Shown here: positions 19,985 to 30,277 of the stretch, piece by piece
Numbering within the stretch: the stretch's first letter is position 1
Layout of the letters: each line of letters starts with the position of its first letter
Origin: a virus
Lineage: Duplodnaviria; Caudoviricetes
Virus record (IMG/VR): IMGVR_UViG_3300040935_000019
Coordinates: 809-64,808 of that record
DNA length: 64,000 nt
Direction: 5' to 3' (one strand)
The notes under the pieces: generated by a model
What the model saw: only the letters and a program-made list of their open reading frames with translations
Databases searched by the model: none
What the model was told of the DNA's origin: nothing
Translations under genes and position numbers: made by a program

Positions 19985-22393
19985 TTACATCTTTCCGTAA
20001 ATACCTTCTTTCAAGGCTTCGTATAAATTACCAGCTAAATGCTTTTCTCCATCATAAAGTATTTCGTCAGAAGCCTTCACAATAATCTCTTCTCCCAAGT
20101 CAGTTACAAATTTAATCTTAGTTTTCTCTAGGTCTTCCTTCTTAACAATGACCCCTACGCCAAACTTTGGATTAAATCTAAATGTAGTAAAGCCCTTCAA
20201 GCCAAGGTCATAAGCTAGCATATAAGCCTTCTTAAAATCTTCAAACGGATAATCTGTTGGAATATTACAAGTTTTTGAAACTGCAGAATCAACATATTTT
20301 TGAACTACAGCTTGCATGTAAATATGATCTTCTACTCCTAAATCATTTGTTGTCTCAATTCCCATTTCTTTCGCTATTTTTTCTGCTTCTTCTAGCTCTA
20401 CTCCGAACTTCTTCTTAATCAGGAAAATAGTAAAGTTTAAAACTTCCTCACTTACTTTTGTCAACTTTCCAGGTACTCTAATGTTTCTTACATAGTAGTA
20501 ACTAAAGATGGGCTCTATTCCATTAGAAATATTATTGCCCCAAGAAAGAGACATTGTTCCGGTTGGAGCAACAGATGTTGCGTGAGAATATCTTAAAAAT
20601 TCATTCTCATCATAATTCTTTTTTTCCTTGAGGAACGAGTAATGTCTACTCAAATACCAATCTTTTACCCTAACCTTTGCTGGTGCTGGTCCAAGTATCT
20701 TTGCTAAGTACACGTTTTCATCCAAAGATGCCTCGGCAATAACTTGCATAACTTTCTCAACGAATTTTCTGCCCTCTTGAGATGAATACTTAAGTCCTAA
20801 CATGGCTAACATGTCTGCTAGCCCAGTAATCCCAAGCCCGTGTCTTCTAGTAAACTCTGCTTGCCTACGAAGCTCCTCAAGGGGCAGATTAGTGATATTA
20901 TTTACAGCATCAAGCATTAAGTTCATTATTCTCGCAACCTCGTATAGTGCTTCAAAATCGTAATTTTCATAAGGATCTTTTCCTGAAAATGGATCAATTA
21001 CAAAAGAGTGAATAAAAACAGACCCTAAATTACAAGATCCATAGAACGGTAATGGTTGTTCACCACAGGGGTTAGTTGCACGAATATTTTCTACGTAGAA
21101 TCCGTTTTTCCTTCTATCTTCGTTGTTTAATGGATTACCTTCATTAATCTTGTCCAGGAAAAGTACTCCAGGTTCAGCGTAATCATATGTTGATTGCATT
21201 ATAGTATCGTAAAGATCTTTCGCTTTAATTGTTTTGAAAACTCTCTTTCTAAACACTTCTGTAAATTCCATGAAGTTTTTGTCCTTATTGCTGTATTCAT
21301 ATTCTGAATGGTCTTTGTAAAAGACAAAGTATTTATACGTATCGAAATTATACGGGGAAAAATTCTTTTTAATAATTTTAGCTACTTCTCCGTTATTTAA
21401 GACAACTTCATCTTTCTCCCTAAGAACTTCTACAATTTCTAAATTTCCATCAGGCTCCCAAAACCACTGCTCAATTGTTTCATCATTTTTAACTGCATCA
21501 AAAAACTTTTTATCAATACCAACCGAAATATTAAAGTATCTTAAAGTTCCGTCCTTTCTCTTGGCTTGAAAAACATCTACAACTTCGGGGTGCCTGTAGT
21601 CTATCACAGCCATTTGAGCACCCCTTCTTCCCCCCGCAGACATAATAACAGAGCAAACACGATCAAAAATTTCCATGAAGGAAAGCAGGCCGCTTGTACC
21701 CGCTCCAGCGCCACGAACTAAACTTCCAACGGGGCGAATAGAGGAAAAGTCGTAACCAACACCAGCACCAGATTTAAGTGTTAGAGCCGCTTCTTTTGCA
21801 ACTTCCATAATTCCTTCAATTGAGTCTGGAATTTGCTTCATCACTGTGCAGTTAATCAACGTTGTGCTTCTCTTATACTTAAGCGCTCCAGCGTTAGCCA
21901 TTATTCTTCCCGCACCGAATCCGTAATTTAGGGACATTACTGCAAAAAACTTAGCAAAAACCTCGTTTAGTGTAGGCGCTTCTTTTTTGTCTTTTGCAGA
22001 AGAATTTTTCAAAGAATAAATGTAGGAAAGAGCTAAAGTATAAGCTACCCTAATAATGGTGTGAAAAGGAGTCTTATCAAGAGGGACATTTACGTACTCT
22101 CCCTTTTCTTGATCAAACACTTGGTCATATAGTCTATATTTCTGATTCCAAATTTCAGAAGAAATACTTTGTACAAAGTAGCCATCTATCAGGTCTTCTT
22201 TTTTTACAAAGAATCTTTTTGCCAAAATGTCTTTTATATCTTCTATTACCCCAATTTTATCTAACTTATTAAATATATCGTCAACGACTTTATAATCTAA
22301 AAACCCTATATCCTCCTTTGCGCTCACTTCAACCTCTGGAAGAGAAACCTGGGATACCTTGTTTATGATGTCTACTAGACTCTCCTTGTGCAT
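19985..22393 (-). CDS. nrdJ: Adenosylcobalamin-dependent (class II) ribonucleotide reductase, large chain
   Basis: AGRIMANAG, LINCTV, GGRRGAQM, TNPCGEQPL and APTGT motifs; start moved to MHKES (GGAGG SD). Confidence 0.92.
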   Translation of the reverse strand: MHKESLVDIINKVSQVSLPEVEVSAKEDIGFLDYKVVDDIFNKLDKIGVIEDIKDILAKRFFVKKEDLIDGYFVQSISSEIWNQKYRLYDQVFDQEKGEYVNVPLDKTPFHTIIRVAYTLALSYIYSLKNSSAKDKKEAPTLNEVFAKFFAVMSLNYGFGAGRIMANAGALKYKRSTTLINCTVMKQIPDSIEGIMEVAKEAALTLKSGAGVGYDFSSIRPVGSLVRGAGAGTSGLLSFMEIFDRVCSVIMSAGGRRGAQMAVIDYRHPEVVDVFQAKRKDGTLRYFNISVGIDKKFFDAVKNDETIEQWFWEPDGNLEIVEVLREKDEVVLNNGEVAKIIKKNFSPYNFDTYKYFVFYKDHSEYEYSNKDKNFMEFTEVFRKRVFKTIKAKDLYDTIMQSTYDYAEPGVLFLDKINEGNPLNNEDRRKNGFYVENIRATNPCGEQPLPFYGSCNLGSVFIHSFVIDPFSGKDPYENYDFEALYEVARIMNLMLDAVNNITNLPLEELRRQAEFTRRHGLGITGLADMLAMLGLKYSSQEGRKFVEKVMQVIAEASLDENVYLAKILGPAPAKVRVKDWYLSRHYSFLKEKKNYDENEFLRYSHATSVAPTGTMSLSWGNNISNGIEPIFSYYYVRNIRVPGKLTKVSEEVLNFTIFLIKKKFGVELEEAEKIAKEMGIETTNDLGVEDHIYMQAVVQKYVDSAVSKTCNIPTDYPFEDFKKAYMLAYDLGLKGFTTFRFNPKFGVGVIVKKEDLEKTKIKFVTDLGEEIIVKASDEILYDGEKHLAGNLYEALKEGIYGKM

Positions 22394-22456
22394 TTTTTTC
22401 CTCCTTATTTTACACACCCCTTACGGGGTGTTGGACTATCCATTTTATAACACGGT

Positions 22457-22972
22457 TCAGGATAGTTTGTCAAGATGATCAATCCTATCAATGGAGAGGA
22501 ATATTAACCCAGCATCAATAATGTTGTGATCTTTTATGTCCTCTAAATCTTTTCCAAATTTTTTTATTAGTTTCTCTCTTCCTGCATCGATATATGTTTC
22601 TTTCCCTCCCGTTCCAAGTCCTAGTTTCTTTTTCCACTCAAAATTTCTTACATATACTATTTGGGCATTAGGATTAAACTCTTTTAATGCGTAAGAAAGA
22701 TTTATTCTAACTATTGTCAAAAGTTCTTTTGTTTTGAACCCCCCTTTCCTCATTCCAAAAGTATCCGCCTCTATCACATATGTGTTTGCCAAGAAGTAAT
22801 TCTTTCGCTCTTTAAAATAGGTTTTTAAAAAATCTAAGTGGTTCTTGATAGTGTTAAAATCTTCTAAAGAAAAACTATCTTTGTATCTTAAAATTCCGTA
22901 AACAATATTTCCGTTTGCATTTTTTCCAAAAAATCCGGTATTTCTTAACGACACGTCAAAGGCTATAGTCAT
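22457..22972 (-). CDS. RuvC-like Holliday junction resolvase
   Basis: IAFDVSLRNTG, YVIE, WKK, HNIIDA. Confidence 0.8.
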   Translation of the reverse strand: MTIAFDVSLRNTGFFGKNANGNIVYGILRYKDSFSLEDFNTIKNHLDFLKTYFKERKNYFLANTYVIEADTFGMRKGGFKTKELLTIVRINLSYALKEFNPNAQIVYVRNFEWKKKLGLGTGGKETYIDAGREKLIKKFGKDLEDIKDHNIIDAGLIFLSIDRIDHLDKLS

Positions 22973-23040
22973 AATATTTATTGTACTTAGTAAGAAAAAG
23001 CCTTTATGCGCCGATAAAATATTATATCGGAGGTGAAGAT

Positions 23041-23292
23041 ATGCTACAGGCTTTGAAGTTTATCTCCATCGCATTAACCTTTTTGCCAACTATTCTTTCT
23101 GTTGTGCGGAAAGTAGAAAAGTTTTATAAGGAGAAAGACGGGGCAGAGAAGAAGAAAATAGCTATGTCTATGCTTGAAGAACTCCTTTCTAAACGTTTCT
23201 CTAAAGAAAAAACAGAATCTTTGGTACAAGTTGTAGACAAGGGCATTGACTTTGTAGTTGCCGTACTTAACGCATATAAACTCTGGAAATAA
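23041..23292 (+). CDS. Small holin-like membrane protein
   Basis: N-terminal hydrophobic helix, GAEKK motif; start corrected to the ATG after GGAGGT. Confidence 0.5.
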   Translation: MLQALKFISIALTFLPTILSVVRKVEKFYKEKDGAEKKKIAMSMLEELLSKRFSKEKTESLVQVVDKGIDFVVAVLNAYKLWK

Positions 23293-23315
23293 CTTACAAA
23301 CGTATAAGTTTCTAA

Positions 23316-23735
23316 ATGTATAAAGGTAACGTGGAAGAAGAACTTTCTTTAATAAAGAGAAGATTAAGCGAAATTGAAACCTCTCTACAAAAAGTAGAGA
23401 GATTAACCCAATTATTAGGCGGAGAAGATAAACTAATATCCTTTTTATTGAACGAGCTTAGAGAAAGCGCAAAATGGCATATAGAAAGAGAAGTTTTTGA
23501 AAAAAGAATTTCAGAACTTGAGCACTCTGTGAAAGACCTATACAAAAATCTAAAAGAAGTTGAGTTTTCTATATTAAAATCTATAAACGAGCAAAAAGAA
23601 TACTTTATAAGAATAGCTGAACAATTAAAAAAGGAACAAAGTGAGGCTAATTACAGGATTATAGCTACTGTAGGTATAATTGTAACAATTATTAACGTAG
23701 TTCTAAGGCTTGTATCAGACTTTTTTGCTAGGTGA
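23316..23735 (+). CDS. Coiled-coil protein with C-terminal TM helix (lysis-associated?)
   Basis: Heptads followed by IIATVGIIVTIINVVL. Confidence 0.55.
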   Translation: MYKGNVEEELSLIKRRLSEIETSLQKVERLTQLLGGEDKLISFLLNELRESAKWHIEREVFEKRISELEHSVKDLYKNLKEVEFSILKSINEQKEYFIRIAEQLKKEQSEANYRIIATVGIIVTIINVVLRLVSDFFAR

Positions 23736-25845
23736 TAGCCTTCAAGCATTCTTCACACAAGTTGTGTGAATCGTCTAAAGTCCTATCTATAATTATTTCT
23801 TTGTCAAGATCAAAATAAAACTGATTATCCAAATAAGTAGACCCGCATTTTTTACACACAAACTCCATCTTTGTACCCACTTCCACATCAACAGGAGTAT
23901 TTCCTCCTATAATCTCTCTTCCTGACTCCTCCATTATCTTAACTATGTTCCTTATTGCTTCAAATATTTTATCCCTTCTTATCTCAAAGAAAATAGAATC
24001 GTGTATTGAAAGAGTTATATATCCATATCCAGTCTTCACCAAATAATCAAAAAGCCTCACTAAAGCTGTTTTAGTAATAGAAGCAGACGTTGCTTGAATG
24101 GGGTGGTTTTGTCCTTCTCTTCTAATAGACGCTATTTTTGAAAAGTAAGAATTCATCTTTGCTAACTTTTCAAATGTTTCTTTATCTATCCTAAAAATCT
24201 CAAAAAGCTTTGTGTTTTTGAAATTTTCATAACCCATATCAAAAATTTCCTTATTAATATTCATTGATAAGGCCGTGTCCATAAATGCACGATAAAGATC
24301 CAGATATTTATTAATGTCAAAATCTAGATTTGGAACCTGATACCTTCTTATTCTTCCAATAGCATCCCTTGTGTAACCACGTTGTACAGCACTGTTTGCG
24401 CTTTCCTCCAAAAATCTTTTTACATCCGGAAAGCTTTCAAAAAAACTTTGAATGGCCTCCTTGGCTTCCTCCAAAGTATCAAAAAATCCACGATTATAAA
24501 GCCCCATTGCAGAAGTTCCGTAAGGAATGGCAAAAGATACTGTTTTCGCCTTTTTTCTCAAATCTTTTGGTACCGGTTGGTCCTCAGGAATTTTAAAAAT
24601 TTTTCTTGCGTTTTCTGAGTGAAGGTCTTGAGAATTTGCGCTTTGAATAAAAGAAGTATCTCCTGATAAATAAGCTAAGATTCTCAACTCTACTTGCGAG
24701 TAGTCTATAAACACAGGAACATACCCTTCTTCCGCAATAATCATTTGCTTAAACCACTGTGGAACATTCTGAAGGTTTGGATTCCTAGAACTAATTCTCC
24801 CTGTTGCAGTCATTACCGCATAGTACTCAGAAGTCAATCTGTTCCACCTGTTTAGTTTCTTCAAATACTCGTCAGAATAAGTAGAGACTTCTTTAGCGAG
24901 TTTTTTGTACTCAATAAGTTTTTGTATTGTTGGATCACTAGAGGCTTTTTCTAGTGTTTGTTTTGAAACATTTTTTAGTCCAAGAATTTTAGCTAATTTA
25001 ACCGGAGATTTAAGGTTTATTTGTTTGTATTCAACGTCATCAAAAAGCGAAGTAGACAAATTATCCTTTTTCACGAACCTGTAATAAATCTCTTTTTGCA
25101 ACTCTTCTTCCAATATTCTTAACTTTTCCTCTTCTTTTCTAAGTTTTTCTGCCCACTTGTGAGCATCAATTTTTACCCCAACAATCTCCATATATGTTAG
25201 AACAATATTTAAATCTGATTCCAAAAGAAATACTTCTCTCAAGTCCTCTTTTAAAATCTTATCCCAAAGAACTTTCGCTAAAGGAATGAGGTATATTACA
25301 TCCTTTACAGCATATTCCTTTTGCAAAGTTGTAAGAGGCCTAGACCAATCCGAAGTTTGAAGTTCTTTATCAAGCAAAACATCTAATTCTCTTTTTAACA
25401 CCGCCTGTAAGCTGTGAGAAAACTTAGTAGATTTAGTTCTCTTTCTTGCTTCCAGTTCAAATAGTTGTTCAACCTCACTCTCCATATCTTCTTTAACAGC
25501 TTCAAAAAACTCAGACACCTCGTCAATATCAATTCCCGCATACAGAATTCCAGAAGCTACCATCGTGTCAAAGATTTCTCTAGGATAGATTCTGTTTTTA
25601 ATAAAAAACTTCATGTCAAATTTAAAGTTATGTCCTATTTTAAGGATCTCCTCATCTTCCAATATTTGTTTAATATACCAATAGCTTTCTTGGTCTAATC
25701 TAAGTATTTCTACCCTTCCGTCATCATGAGCTAATTGAATAAGAGCAATATCACCGGAATATGGAGACAAACCCCCTTTAGATCCTTCACCAAATGTTTC
25801 AATGTCTATCCCAACCAATTTTTTGTGTGAATAGAAATCTTTCAT
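23728..25845 (-). CDS. polA: Family A DNA polymerase (3'-5' exonuclease plus polymerase)
   Basis: DIET, HNFKFD, YAVKD, TGRISS.NPNLQN, DYSQVELR, RKKAKTVSFAIPYG, IHDS. Confidence 0.95.
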   Translation of the reverse strand: MKDFYSHKKLVGIDIETFGEGSKGGLSPYSGDIALIQLAHDDGRVEILRLDQESYWYIKQILEDEEILKIGHNFKFDMKFFIKNRIYPREIFDTMVASGILYAGIDIDEVSEFFEAVKEDMESEVEQLFELEARKRTKSTKFSHSLQAVLKRELDVLLDKELQTSDWSRPLTTLQKEYAVKDVIYLIPLAKVLWDKILKEDLREVFLLESDLNIVLTYMEIVGVKIDAHKWAEKLRKEEEKLRILEEELQKEIYYRFVKKDNLSTSLFDDVEYKQINLKSPVKLAKILGLKNVSKQTLEKASSDPTIQKLIEYKKLAKEVSTYSDEYLKKLNRWNRLTSEYYAVMTATGRISSRNPNLQNVPQWFKQMIIAEEGYVPVFIDYSQVELRILAYLSGDTSFIQSANSQDLHSENARKIFKIPEDQPVPKDLRKKAKTVSFAIPYGTSAMGLYNRGFFDTLEEAKEAIQSFFESFPDVKRFLEESANSAVQRGYTRDAIGRIRRYQVPNLDFDINKYLDLYRAFMDTALSMNINKEIFDMGYENFKNTKLFEIFRIDKETFEKLAKMNSYFSKIASIRREGQNHPIQATSASITKTALVRLFDYLVKTGYGYITLSIHDSIFFEIRRDKIFEAIRNIVKIMEESGREIIGGNTPVDVEVGTKMEFVCKKCGSTYLDNQFYFDLDKEIIIDRTLDDSHNLCEECLKAIT

Positions 25846-25877
25846 CTGATGTCCTCCTTAAGGACCAAACACACCTT

Positions 25878-25952
25878 AATGTTACAACATTTAACCCTTC
25901 ATGTCAACCTTCAGCAAGGCTTCTTGACCTACCCCTGCTTGTCTGCTACACT
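25878..25952. promoter_or_regulatory. Divergent promoters: TTGACA-17-TAACAT (minus, polA) and TTGACC-17-TACACT (plus)
   Basis: Hexamers and spacing read directly from the sequence. Confidence 0.65.
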
Positions 25953-25969
25953 TTTCTTGGTGGCCACGC

Positions 25970-26473
25970 ATGAAGACGCATAAAGCAAACACAATTAATC
26001 TTGAACGATTTTTTGAAATCACGGAAGAAAAGCTATTGGAAAGTGGGTACATTACAAAAATAAACAATAAAGAATTTGTTTTGCGCAAATTATCAGGCGC
26101 TCTTTACGGCATTCTAGGCAAAAACTTAGCTGAAGAAATAAACGTTTGTTTTAACGTATATTTGGAACACCACAATCTGTTCACGGCGTTTTTTTCATAC
26201 AACCGCAAAACAAACTCTTTTAATTGTTCGTTTAATACTTATTCGGGACAATACAGCTCAGATATATCAGACAGCTTTATAGAGGTTGCTATTCGTGTTT
26301 CCAGCAATGATATAAAACATATTGATTCAAAAGTTCATGAAATAAAAAATATTTTTCGCAAATACTACATAAGTTTTTACGAAACACCTTATTATTATTA
26401 CGTTAATTCTGTTTCCACATCCGTGAATACGGCGTTTCATCTAGATATTGAACTAAAAAGAATAATAATTTGA
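25970..26473 (+). CDS. Hypothetical protein
   Basis: 167 aa with its own promoter. Confidence 0.65.
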   Translation: MKTHKANTINLERFFEITEEKLLESGYITKINNKEFVLRKLSGALYGILGKNLAEEINVCFNVYLEHHNLFTAFFSYNRKTNSFNCSFNTYSGQYSSDISDSFIEVAIRVSSNDIKHIDSKVHEIKNIFRKYYISFYETPYYYYVNSVSTSVNTAFHLDIELKRIII

Positions 26474-26490
26474 ATATCAATCATTAGTTT

Positions 26491-26566
26491 TGGCGGGCCT
26501 GGAGGGATTTGAACCCCCGACCTAGCGGTTAGAAGCCGCTTGCTCTATCCCCTGAGCTACAGGCCC
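26491..26566 (-). tRNA. tRNA-Arg(TCT)
   Basis: 76 nt; GGGCCTG/CAGGCCC acceptor, CT-TCT-AA loop, GTTCAAATC T-loop, encoded CCA. Confidence 0.95.
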
Positions 26567-26578
26567 TCGCAGATAGGA

Positions 26579-28042
26579 TTATAACACATCCTCACTTCCT
26601 GTCAGCATTGCCCTATATACTTTTCCTACAGGAGATTTTAAATAAGCAAACTTAATCATCTTCTTTAAGTTTTCTTCATCCCTCTTAAACTTTATCCCCG
26701 GATCAAACAAAACATTAACAAGAGAGTCAAAAATCATTTGACCAGAAAATGTTGGGCCATTTCTGTGCTTTTCAATTCTGTAGTTAAGAACTCTATACCT
26801 AGGTATTTTATTAGACTTTCTTGATGAAATAACGTTTCCAATGTTTGAAATATCATCTAAGTCATTAAGTGTTTCAAGATCTATTGAGGGACTATCATCT
26901 GATTCCTCCTCTTCTTCCTCTTCCTTCTCCTCATTCCAAAGCAATAATACAAGAGATGCGGCTTGTTCAATATCACCACTCTCCTTAAGATGGGACATCT
27001 CTGGATCTTTTGTTCCCATACGATTTAATTGAGAAAGCTCAACTATAGCTACATTTAGCTCTATCGCTAGATTTTTTAATTTTTGCACGATAGATGCCAC
27101 TTCTTGATGTCTAGATTGACTAACCGTTGGGTTGGTAATTAATTGAACATAGTCTAGATAAAATACTTTTGTATTGTGCTGTCTTACACTTTTCCTCATA
27201 ATCTCTTCAATGTTTTGTATCGTTGGATTTCCCAAAGAAGTTAACTTAAATGGAACCCAGTTCAATGTTTTATTGATAAGTTCTATTCTTTTCTTTTCCT
27301 CCTCTGTAATTGTTCCGGAAAAAATTCTAGATGGTGATAGATTGGTAATAATTGAGTAAATTTTCGCTCCTAACTGCCAGACAGACATTTCCATAGAAAT
27401 AAAGTGCACTGGGATATTAGAAAAAGCTAAATTCACAGCAGACCACAAAGAAAATGAGGTCTTTCCAACTCCTGGCCTTGCTCCAATTACAATAGTGTTT
27501 CCAGGTGTAAAGTCATTTAACTTAGAATCCATATAGCCAACATAAAATTTGTAAACTTCTTGAGATTGGCTGGCTCGTTCTAGAGTTTCTTCTAAAACAT
27601 TTTGTAATGAAAGGTTATCACTTTCGGCAAAATGCTCTGTAACCAACATTGTTCTTAGATTTTCTAGCACAGAAGAAACTGTGCTTATGTCATAGGATCC
27701 ATCAAGAGATTTAATAATTTTTTCCCTTACTGAAAATACGAGGCCCTTTTCCTTAAGCTCTGATACTAAGTAGCTAAAGTAGCTTTTATCGTTGCCAATA
27801 TCTTCCACCTGTGTAACGCTTTCAGCTTCTTCAATACCATTAGCAATTAGAATGTAAAGTATTTTTTCCCTATTCACGCCTAGAGGCAAAGACTTTATGG
27901 CTTTAAAAACGTGCTTATAATACCTAAAGTGCGATTCTTCAAGACCGAACTCTTCAATAACTGCCCTTCCATAAACTGGTATAAGCACTAAAATTTTTTC
28001 CTCAAGAGCTTTTAGGCTTTCCGCCAGTTGTTCTTTAATCAT
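26579..28042 (-). CDS. dnaB: Replicative helicase (DnaB family)
   Basis: GARPGVGKT, ISMEM, LDYVQL, LSQLNR, ESGDIEQAA, KHRNGP; acidic insertion near the C-terminus. Confidence 0.93.
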   Translation of the reverse strand: MIKEQLAESLKALEEKILVLIPVYGRAVIEEFGLEESHFRYYKHVFKAIKSLPLGVNREKILYILIANGIEEAESVTQVEDIGNDKSYFSYLVSELKEKGLVFSVREKIIKSLDGSYDISTVSSVLENLRTMLVTEHFAESDNLSLQNVLEETLERASQSQEVYKFYVGYMDSKLNDFTPGNTIVIGARPGVGKTSFSLWSAVNLAFSNIPVHFISMEMSVWQLGAKIYSIITNLSPSRIFSGTITEEEKKRIELINKTLNWVPFKLTSLGNPTIQNIEEIMRKSVRQHNTKVFYLDYVQLITNPTVSQSRHQEVASIVQKLKNLAIELNVAIVELSQLNRMGTKDPEMSHLKESGDIEQAASLVLLLWNEEKEEEEEEESDDSPSIDLETLNDLDDISNIGNVISSRKSNKIPRYRVLNYRIEKHRNGPTFSGQMIFDSLVNVLFDPGIKFKRDEENLKKMIKFAYLKSPVGKVYRAMLTGSEDVL

Positions 28043-28063
28043 TTTGTCCCCCCCATCTTTCTG

Positions 28064-29323
28064 CTATAAAAGTGCCACTGTTTTTCCAAACGCATCGGCT
28101 ACAATTCTAAAAATTGGTTTAGATTCTACGAACAGGCTTTTTCCATTAACTTTCATTTTTGGCTTAAACACGTAGGTTCTATTAGTTAAGTTAATAGTCG
28201 TTGATAAAGGATCTAAGTAGACGCTAGACCTACCAATTTTTTCCGAGAAGAAGGAAAACAACTTTGTATATACATCTTTGTCAAAGTTGTTCGTAATTAT
28301 TATTGGATTAAAGAAGTCTTTTACATTATGGCCAAAAAGCTTTGGAGCGATGTAGCTAAAAATTACAGTATCCCTAATAAGATTGTCTTCTCCATTAAGA
28401 AAATTTGTGTATCCAGAATCAACTTTATCTACAAGGTTATCCAGAGCTTCCTTAGATTTCTTTAAATTTTGAACAATGAGTATATAGTGTTTTCCGTTGT
28501 ACATAAGTTGAGCCTTTGGTGCAATATCTCCTGGTTCAAAAGCGGCAACATAAGCTAATTTGTATCTCTCTAAAAACACAACTTCTATGGATTTTATAAT
28601 ATCTTTCATGCTTACATTAAAAGTAGCACTTAGTTCTTCTATAAGCATAGACAACAAAAAGTCCCCAGAAAGTTCTTCTCGTGGTATATGCAATAAATTT
28701 ATTGTATATGGTTTCATAAAAGCCTTTTTAAATACTACCGATTCATTGTTCTTTAAGTATAGTGATGGAATAAAATCAAAGGAAATTTTCACATTAAAAT
28801 AATCGTCAGATAAGTAAAAATTTTCTAAGCTAATGTTTAGAGAATAGTCTTCATAGCTTTCATAAATATCTTTCATGTAAACCTCTTTTGTAAAGAGAAA
28901 ATTCGAAATCGATGGCACTTTATCAAGATCAAAAGTTTCTAGAAGCTTGTTAGATAGCTTATCAAAAAATTCCTTGATAAATTCGTTAAGTTCCTTTTTA
29001 CTACTAATCCTTGGTAGCTTTACCTTAAACGAATCTGACTTTTCGTTAAAAAACGAGTGAATTGTATTAAGGTGTTTTTCTCCGATAATATGAAAAATAC
29101 CAGATTGCTCATCTTCGGTACGGAAACTTTTATCTTTTAGAAACTTAGAAATGTCTTGTCTAAATAAAGAAAGCAGTCTGTCCTCTATCTTTCCGATCCC
29201 CTTGTATTCTAGTACCTTAGAGTGTTTCAAAACTGACATTTCGAGTGAAGAGGAATCTAAAAATTCTTTAACTGCTCCTCTTACTGCAGTGTTAAGAAGC
29301 TTTTTGTATTCTGCTTTGTCCAT
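28064..29323 (-). CDS. Hypothetical protein
   Basis: 419 aa with a GGAGG SD. Confidence 0.7.
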   Translation of the reverse strand: MDKAEYKKLLNTAVRGAVKEFLDSSSLEMSVLKHSKVLEYKGIGKIEDRLLSLFRQDISKFLKDKSFRTEDEQSGIFHIIGEKHLNTIHSFFNEKSDSFKVKLPRISSKKELNEFIKEFFDKLSNKLLETFDLDKVPSISNFLFTKEVYMKDIYESYEDYSLNISLENFYLSDDYFNVKISFDFIPSLYLKNNESVVFKKAFMKPYTINLLHIPREELSGDFLLSMLIEELSATFNVSMKDIIKSIEVVFLERYKLAYVAAFEPGDIAPKAQLMYNGKHYILIVQNLKKSKEALDNLVDKVDSGYTNFLNGEDNLIRDTVIFSYIAPKLFGHNVKDFFNPIIITNNFDKDVYTKLFSFFSEKIGRSSVYLDPLSTTINLTNRTYVFKPKMKVNGKSLFVESKPIFRIVADAFGKTVALL

Positions 29324-29340
29324 CTTATCCCTCCTTAGTG

Positions 29341-30072
29341 TTATTTAGCAATTGAAAAATTTAAAATATTCACATCAATCGTTATTGCTTCGTTAATGAA
29401 GTACTGATTAATGTGTTCAAATTCAAACTCATCTATAGCAAAATCTCCAGACACATTAAATACTGGATTTGTTTTTTCAAGGGTGTTAAATATAATTTTT
29501 GATACATCGGCTATCGAATGGTATAAACTCATATAATAATCTGTTCTAGATTTCTTCTTAGCAAGAAAACTTTTTCCGTATTTCAAAAAAAGTAGTCCCA
29601 CTGAGTCCTTCAAGTTCCTAAAAACCTCGTGGTAGTGTTTGTGATTTATCAATGAGCTATAATATAACGCCACGTTTTTTTCTTTTGGCATTAGAGAAAA
29701 TCTCAAGTCATTAAATGACCCCTCAAAACCAAAAACAGAATCTTCTCTGATTGAAAAAACTATAGCTTGAATGGAAGGCTCGTTCTTCATTATCAGTGAT
29801 AACGCTATGTAAACATTCTCTTTGTTAGGAATAAAAATCTTGTAAGAATCTAAGAAGTCTATAGTTTTTTCATCTGCAAATCCTCTAAGGATCTCAGAAA
29901 ACTTGCTTAAAGAAACACAGCTATTCAGATTACTTAAATCTAGATCTCCAAAGGTTTGCGAATAAAAAACATTTTCAAAGAAACAATTTTTCTCTAAGGG
30001 TAACAGGCCAACAAAGTTGGAAACAACATTTTTATCAGAGATGGTTGCAGTGATGTTCACACTATCGGCCAT
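29341..30072 (-). CDS. Hypothetical protein
   Basis: ORF downstream of TTGACA-17-TATAGT; start probably MADS. Confidence 0.65.
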   Translation of the reverse strand: MADSVNITATISDKNVVSNFVGLLPLEKNCFFENVFYSQTFGDLDLSNLNSCVSLSKFSEILRGFADEKTIDFLDSYKIFIPNKENVYIALSLIMKNEPSIQAIVFSIREDSVFGFEGSFNDLRFSLMPKEKNVALYYSSLINHKHYHEVFRNLKDSVGLLFLKYGKSFLAKKKSRTDYYMSLYHSIADVSKIIFNTLEKTNPVFNVSGDFAIDEFEFEHINQYFINEAITIDVNILNFSIAK

Positions 30073-30117
30073 ACCTACCACAGACTATAGACCAACCGCT
30101 TCTAACTGTCAAGGGGC

Positions 30118-30146
30118 AAAAAAGATAGCCCACTTGCGTGGGCTAT
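30118..30146 (-). terminator. Intrinsic terminator after tRNA-Trp
   Basis: ATAGCCCAC-GCAA-GTGGGCTAT followed by a T-tract on the minus strand. Confidence 0.75.
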
Positions 30147-30148
30147 TT

Positions 30149-30224
30149 TGGCAGACCGTGTGGGACTCGAACCCACAACCCCCGGTTTTGGAGACCGGTG
30201 CTCTGCCAATTGAGCTAACGGCCC
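30149..30224 (-). tRNA. tRNA-Trp(CCA)
   Basis: 76 nt; CCGGT-CTCCAAA-ACCGG anticodon arm, G discriminator, encoded CCA. Confidence 0.95.
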
Positions 30225-30244
30225 CCGTATATTTCCATAATAAC

Positions 30245-30277
30245 AAAAAAAATACAGCCCACACAAGTGGGCTGTAT
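30245..30277 (-). terminator. Intrinsic terminator after the endonuclease gene
   Basis: ATACAGCCCAC-TTGT-GTGGGCTGTAT followed by a T-run on the minus strand. Confidence 0.75.

Noticed and set aside
19324-22393. Split RNR as a pseudogene or intron/intein host
   Set aside because: Both ORFs are intact with SD sites; a two-gene NrdJa/NrdJb arrangement is known; no intein or group I intron signatures seen here or in polA, dnaB, recA or terL
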